From positions 70-64,069 of IMG/VR virus record IMGVR_UViG_2627853991_000003: a stretch of 64,000 nt of DNA. One strand, written 5' to 3'. Every line of letters begins with the position of its first letter. Within the stretch, counting starts at the first letter, position 1. Under the pieces are notes generated by a model. That model searched no databases. It saw only the letters and a program-made list of their open reading frames with translations, and was not told the origin of the DNA. This document shows, in pieces, positions 62,946-64,000 of this stretch. The translations under genes and the position numbers were made by a program. This DNA is from a virus.

Positions 62946-64000
62946 AAGCAGCCGCCAATTTTCTCGGCGCGGTTCGCACCGCGATCGCAAACGGAACGTT
63001 CGACTACCGAGTTTCCTTCCCGGAGTCGAAACGGATAGCTCGGTTCGTCGAACGGCAAGGCGATGCTCTGCTGGTGGAGTCGTTCCTCGACACGTGGCTC
63101 GACCGGCAGGAGAATGTTCTCGCCGCCAGCACGATCGAGGGTTACAGGAAAATCATCAAAGGGACACTGAAACCAGCATTCGGCCACCTCACGATGTCCG
63201 ATGTACGTCGTTCCCACGTGCGCGAATGGGCAGCGAAGCAGAAATTCGGCAATAAGCGCATGACCAACGTGCTATCGGTCTTCCGGGCGGCACTCGCTGA
63301 AGCCTTGCAGGATGAGATCGTCGAGACAAACGTTTTGTATGGGTGGACTTACCAGCGAAACGAAGCACCAGGCCGAGACGACGATGTCGATCCATTCACC
63401 GCGGAGGAGCAGGCCGCGATTCTCGGCGCGATGGCCGGACAAGAAAGGAATCTGTTTCAGTTTGCGTTCTGGACTGGCCTGCGAACGTCCGAGCTGATCG
63501 CCCTCCAGTGGGGCGACATCGACTGGAAGCGTGGAATCGTTCGCGTACAACGTGCCCGGACGCGAGCTGCTCGCGTCGCGAAGAAGGTCGAGGACACGAA
63601 GACGCGCGGCAGTCGGCGCAATGTGAAGCTGCTCGAACCAGCCCTCGCAGCCCTCGACGACCAGAAGCGATTCACTCTGCTTATCGGCGGCTCGATCTTC
63701 CTAAACCCCCGGACCGGCGAGGCGTGGAGCGGCGACAACGTGATCTGGCTTGCGTGGAACCGCGCCATCGAAAAATCCGCGGTGCGCTATCGTCGACCGT
63801 ATCAGACTCGGCACACCTACGCGAGTATGATGCTGTCGGCCGGCGAACCGCCGATGTGGGTTGCTAGCCAGATGGGCCATATCAGCCTGAAGATGATCGA
63901 GCAACGATACGGACGCTGGATCAAAGACGCGGCGCCCGATGCCGGAAGACGAGCTGAAGCCTTATTCGGCGGCGCTGTCGCGGGCGTTCAGGGCGACTGA
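62825..64000 (+). CDS. int: Tyrosine integrase (phage-type), reaching the window end
   Basis: N-terminal GVRAISGSSIEVTFTYKGVRCRERIRL is the integrase arm-binding domain. The catalytic region has ...R...HTYASMMLSAGEPPMWVASQMGH...Y. Confidence 0.85.
   Translation: MGRNGTGVRAISGSSIEVTFTYKGVRCRERIRLEPTPANLKAAANFLGAVRTAIANGTFDYRVSFPESKRIARFVERQGDALLVESFLDTWLDRQENVLAASTIEGYRKIIKGTLKPAFGHLTMSDVRRSHVREWAAKQKFGNKRMTNVLSVFRAALAEALQDEIVETNVLYGWTYQRNEAPGRDDDVDPFTAEEQAAILGAMAGQERNLFQFAFWTGLRTSELIALQWGDIDWKRGIVRVQRARTRAARVAKKVEDTKTRGSRRNVKLLEPALAALDDQKRFTLLIGGSIFLNPRTGEAWSGDNVIWLAWNRAIEKSAVRYRRPYQTRHTYASMMLSAGEPPMWVASQMGHISLKMIEQRYGRWIKDAAPDAGRRAEALFGGAVAGVQGD

Noticed and set aside
1-64000. CRISPR array, retron or DGR reverse transcriptase, group II intron
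   Set aside because: No regularly spaced short direct repeats with unique spacers and no RT-like ORF. The structured leader at 4049-4410 lacks an adjacent RT or maturase.

Overview
High-GC (Burkholderia-like) accessory DNA made up almost entirely of prophage and insertion-sequence material. The window splits into an intact prophage and a degraded upstream copy.

Intact prophage (about 7.96 kb to the window end): a lambda/HK97-type siphovirus similar to Burkholderia phiE125/phi1026b, encoded mostly on the minus strand.
- Going upstream on the minus strand (leftward from 49.8 kb) it has a Cro/CI switch, a CII-like regulator, and a DNA-modification block (cytosine-5 methyltransferase, N6/N4 methyltransferase, PAPS-reductase-like protein, ParB-like nuclease).
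- Next comes replication, with an O-like initiator whose gene contains origin repeats (iterons).
- Then a nin-like region, a BrnT/BrnA toxin-antitoxin (TA) pair, a Tn3-derived mini-transposon carrying a HAD hydrolase, and a small RNA-like element flanked by two terminators.
- A RelE-type TA cassette and an HNH endonuclease sit next to a putative cos site, followed by small and large terminase, portal, S49 protease, HK97 capsid, head-tail proteins and major tail protein.
- The tail block has G/G-T chaperones made by a -1 frameshift, the tape measure, M, an extra tail fibre, L, K, I and J, then holin, endolysin and Rz/Rz1.
- Between lysis and the left attachment site lies a moron region: lipoprotein, Tlde1-like toxin with a possible immunity gene, SRAP peptidase, and a ParA-like ATPase with operator repeats.
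- To the right of CI the prophage carries cargo: an MFS transporter, a LysR regulator, a duplicated 'leader plus tiny ORFs' module, and a membrane-protein/SPFH module. Phage-like genes of unknown function, a Gp37/Gp68 protein, Xis and a tyrosine integrase follow up to 64000.

Degraded copy (1 to 7.9 kb): paralogous stretches of the same phage type (truncated HNH, the tRNA-like element, BrnA plus a BrnT with a premature stop, a fragment of the Q-region gene, the leader/tiny-ORF module, and a truncated SPFH module). It has been eroded by nested IS3, IS110 and ISL3 insertions. A 3' fragment of tRNA-Ser at 7959-7993 marks the junction between the two copies.

Candidates for undescribed function, all unconfirmed: the duplicated leader/tiny-ORF module, the SPFH hotspot with a swappable partner gene, the phage-internal tRNA-like element, and a lone Tlde1-like toxin pair on a prophage.
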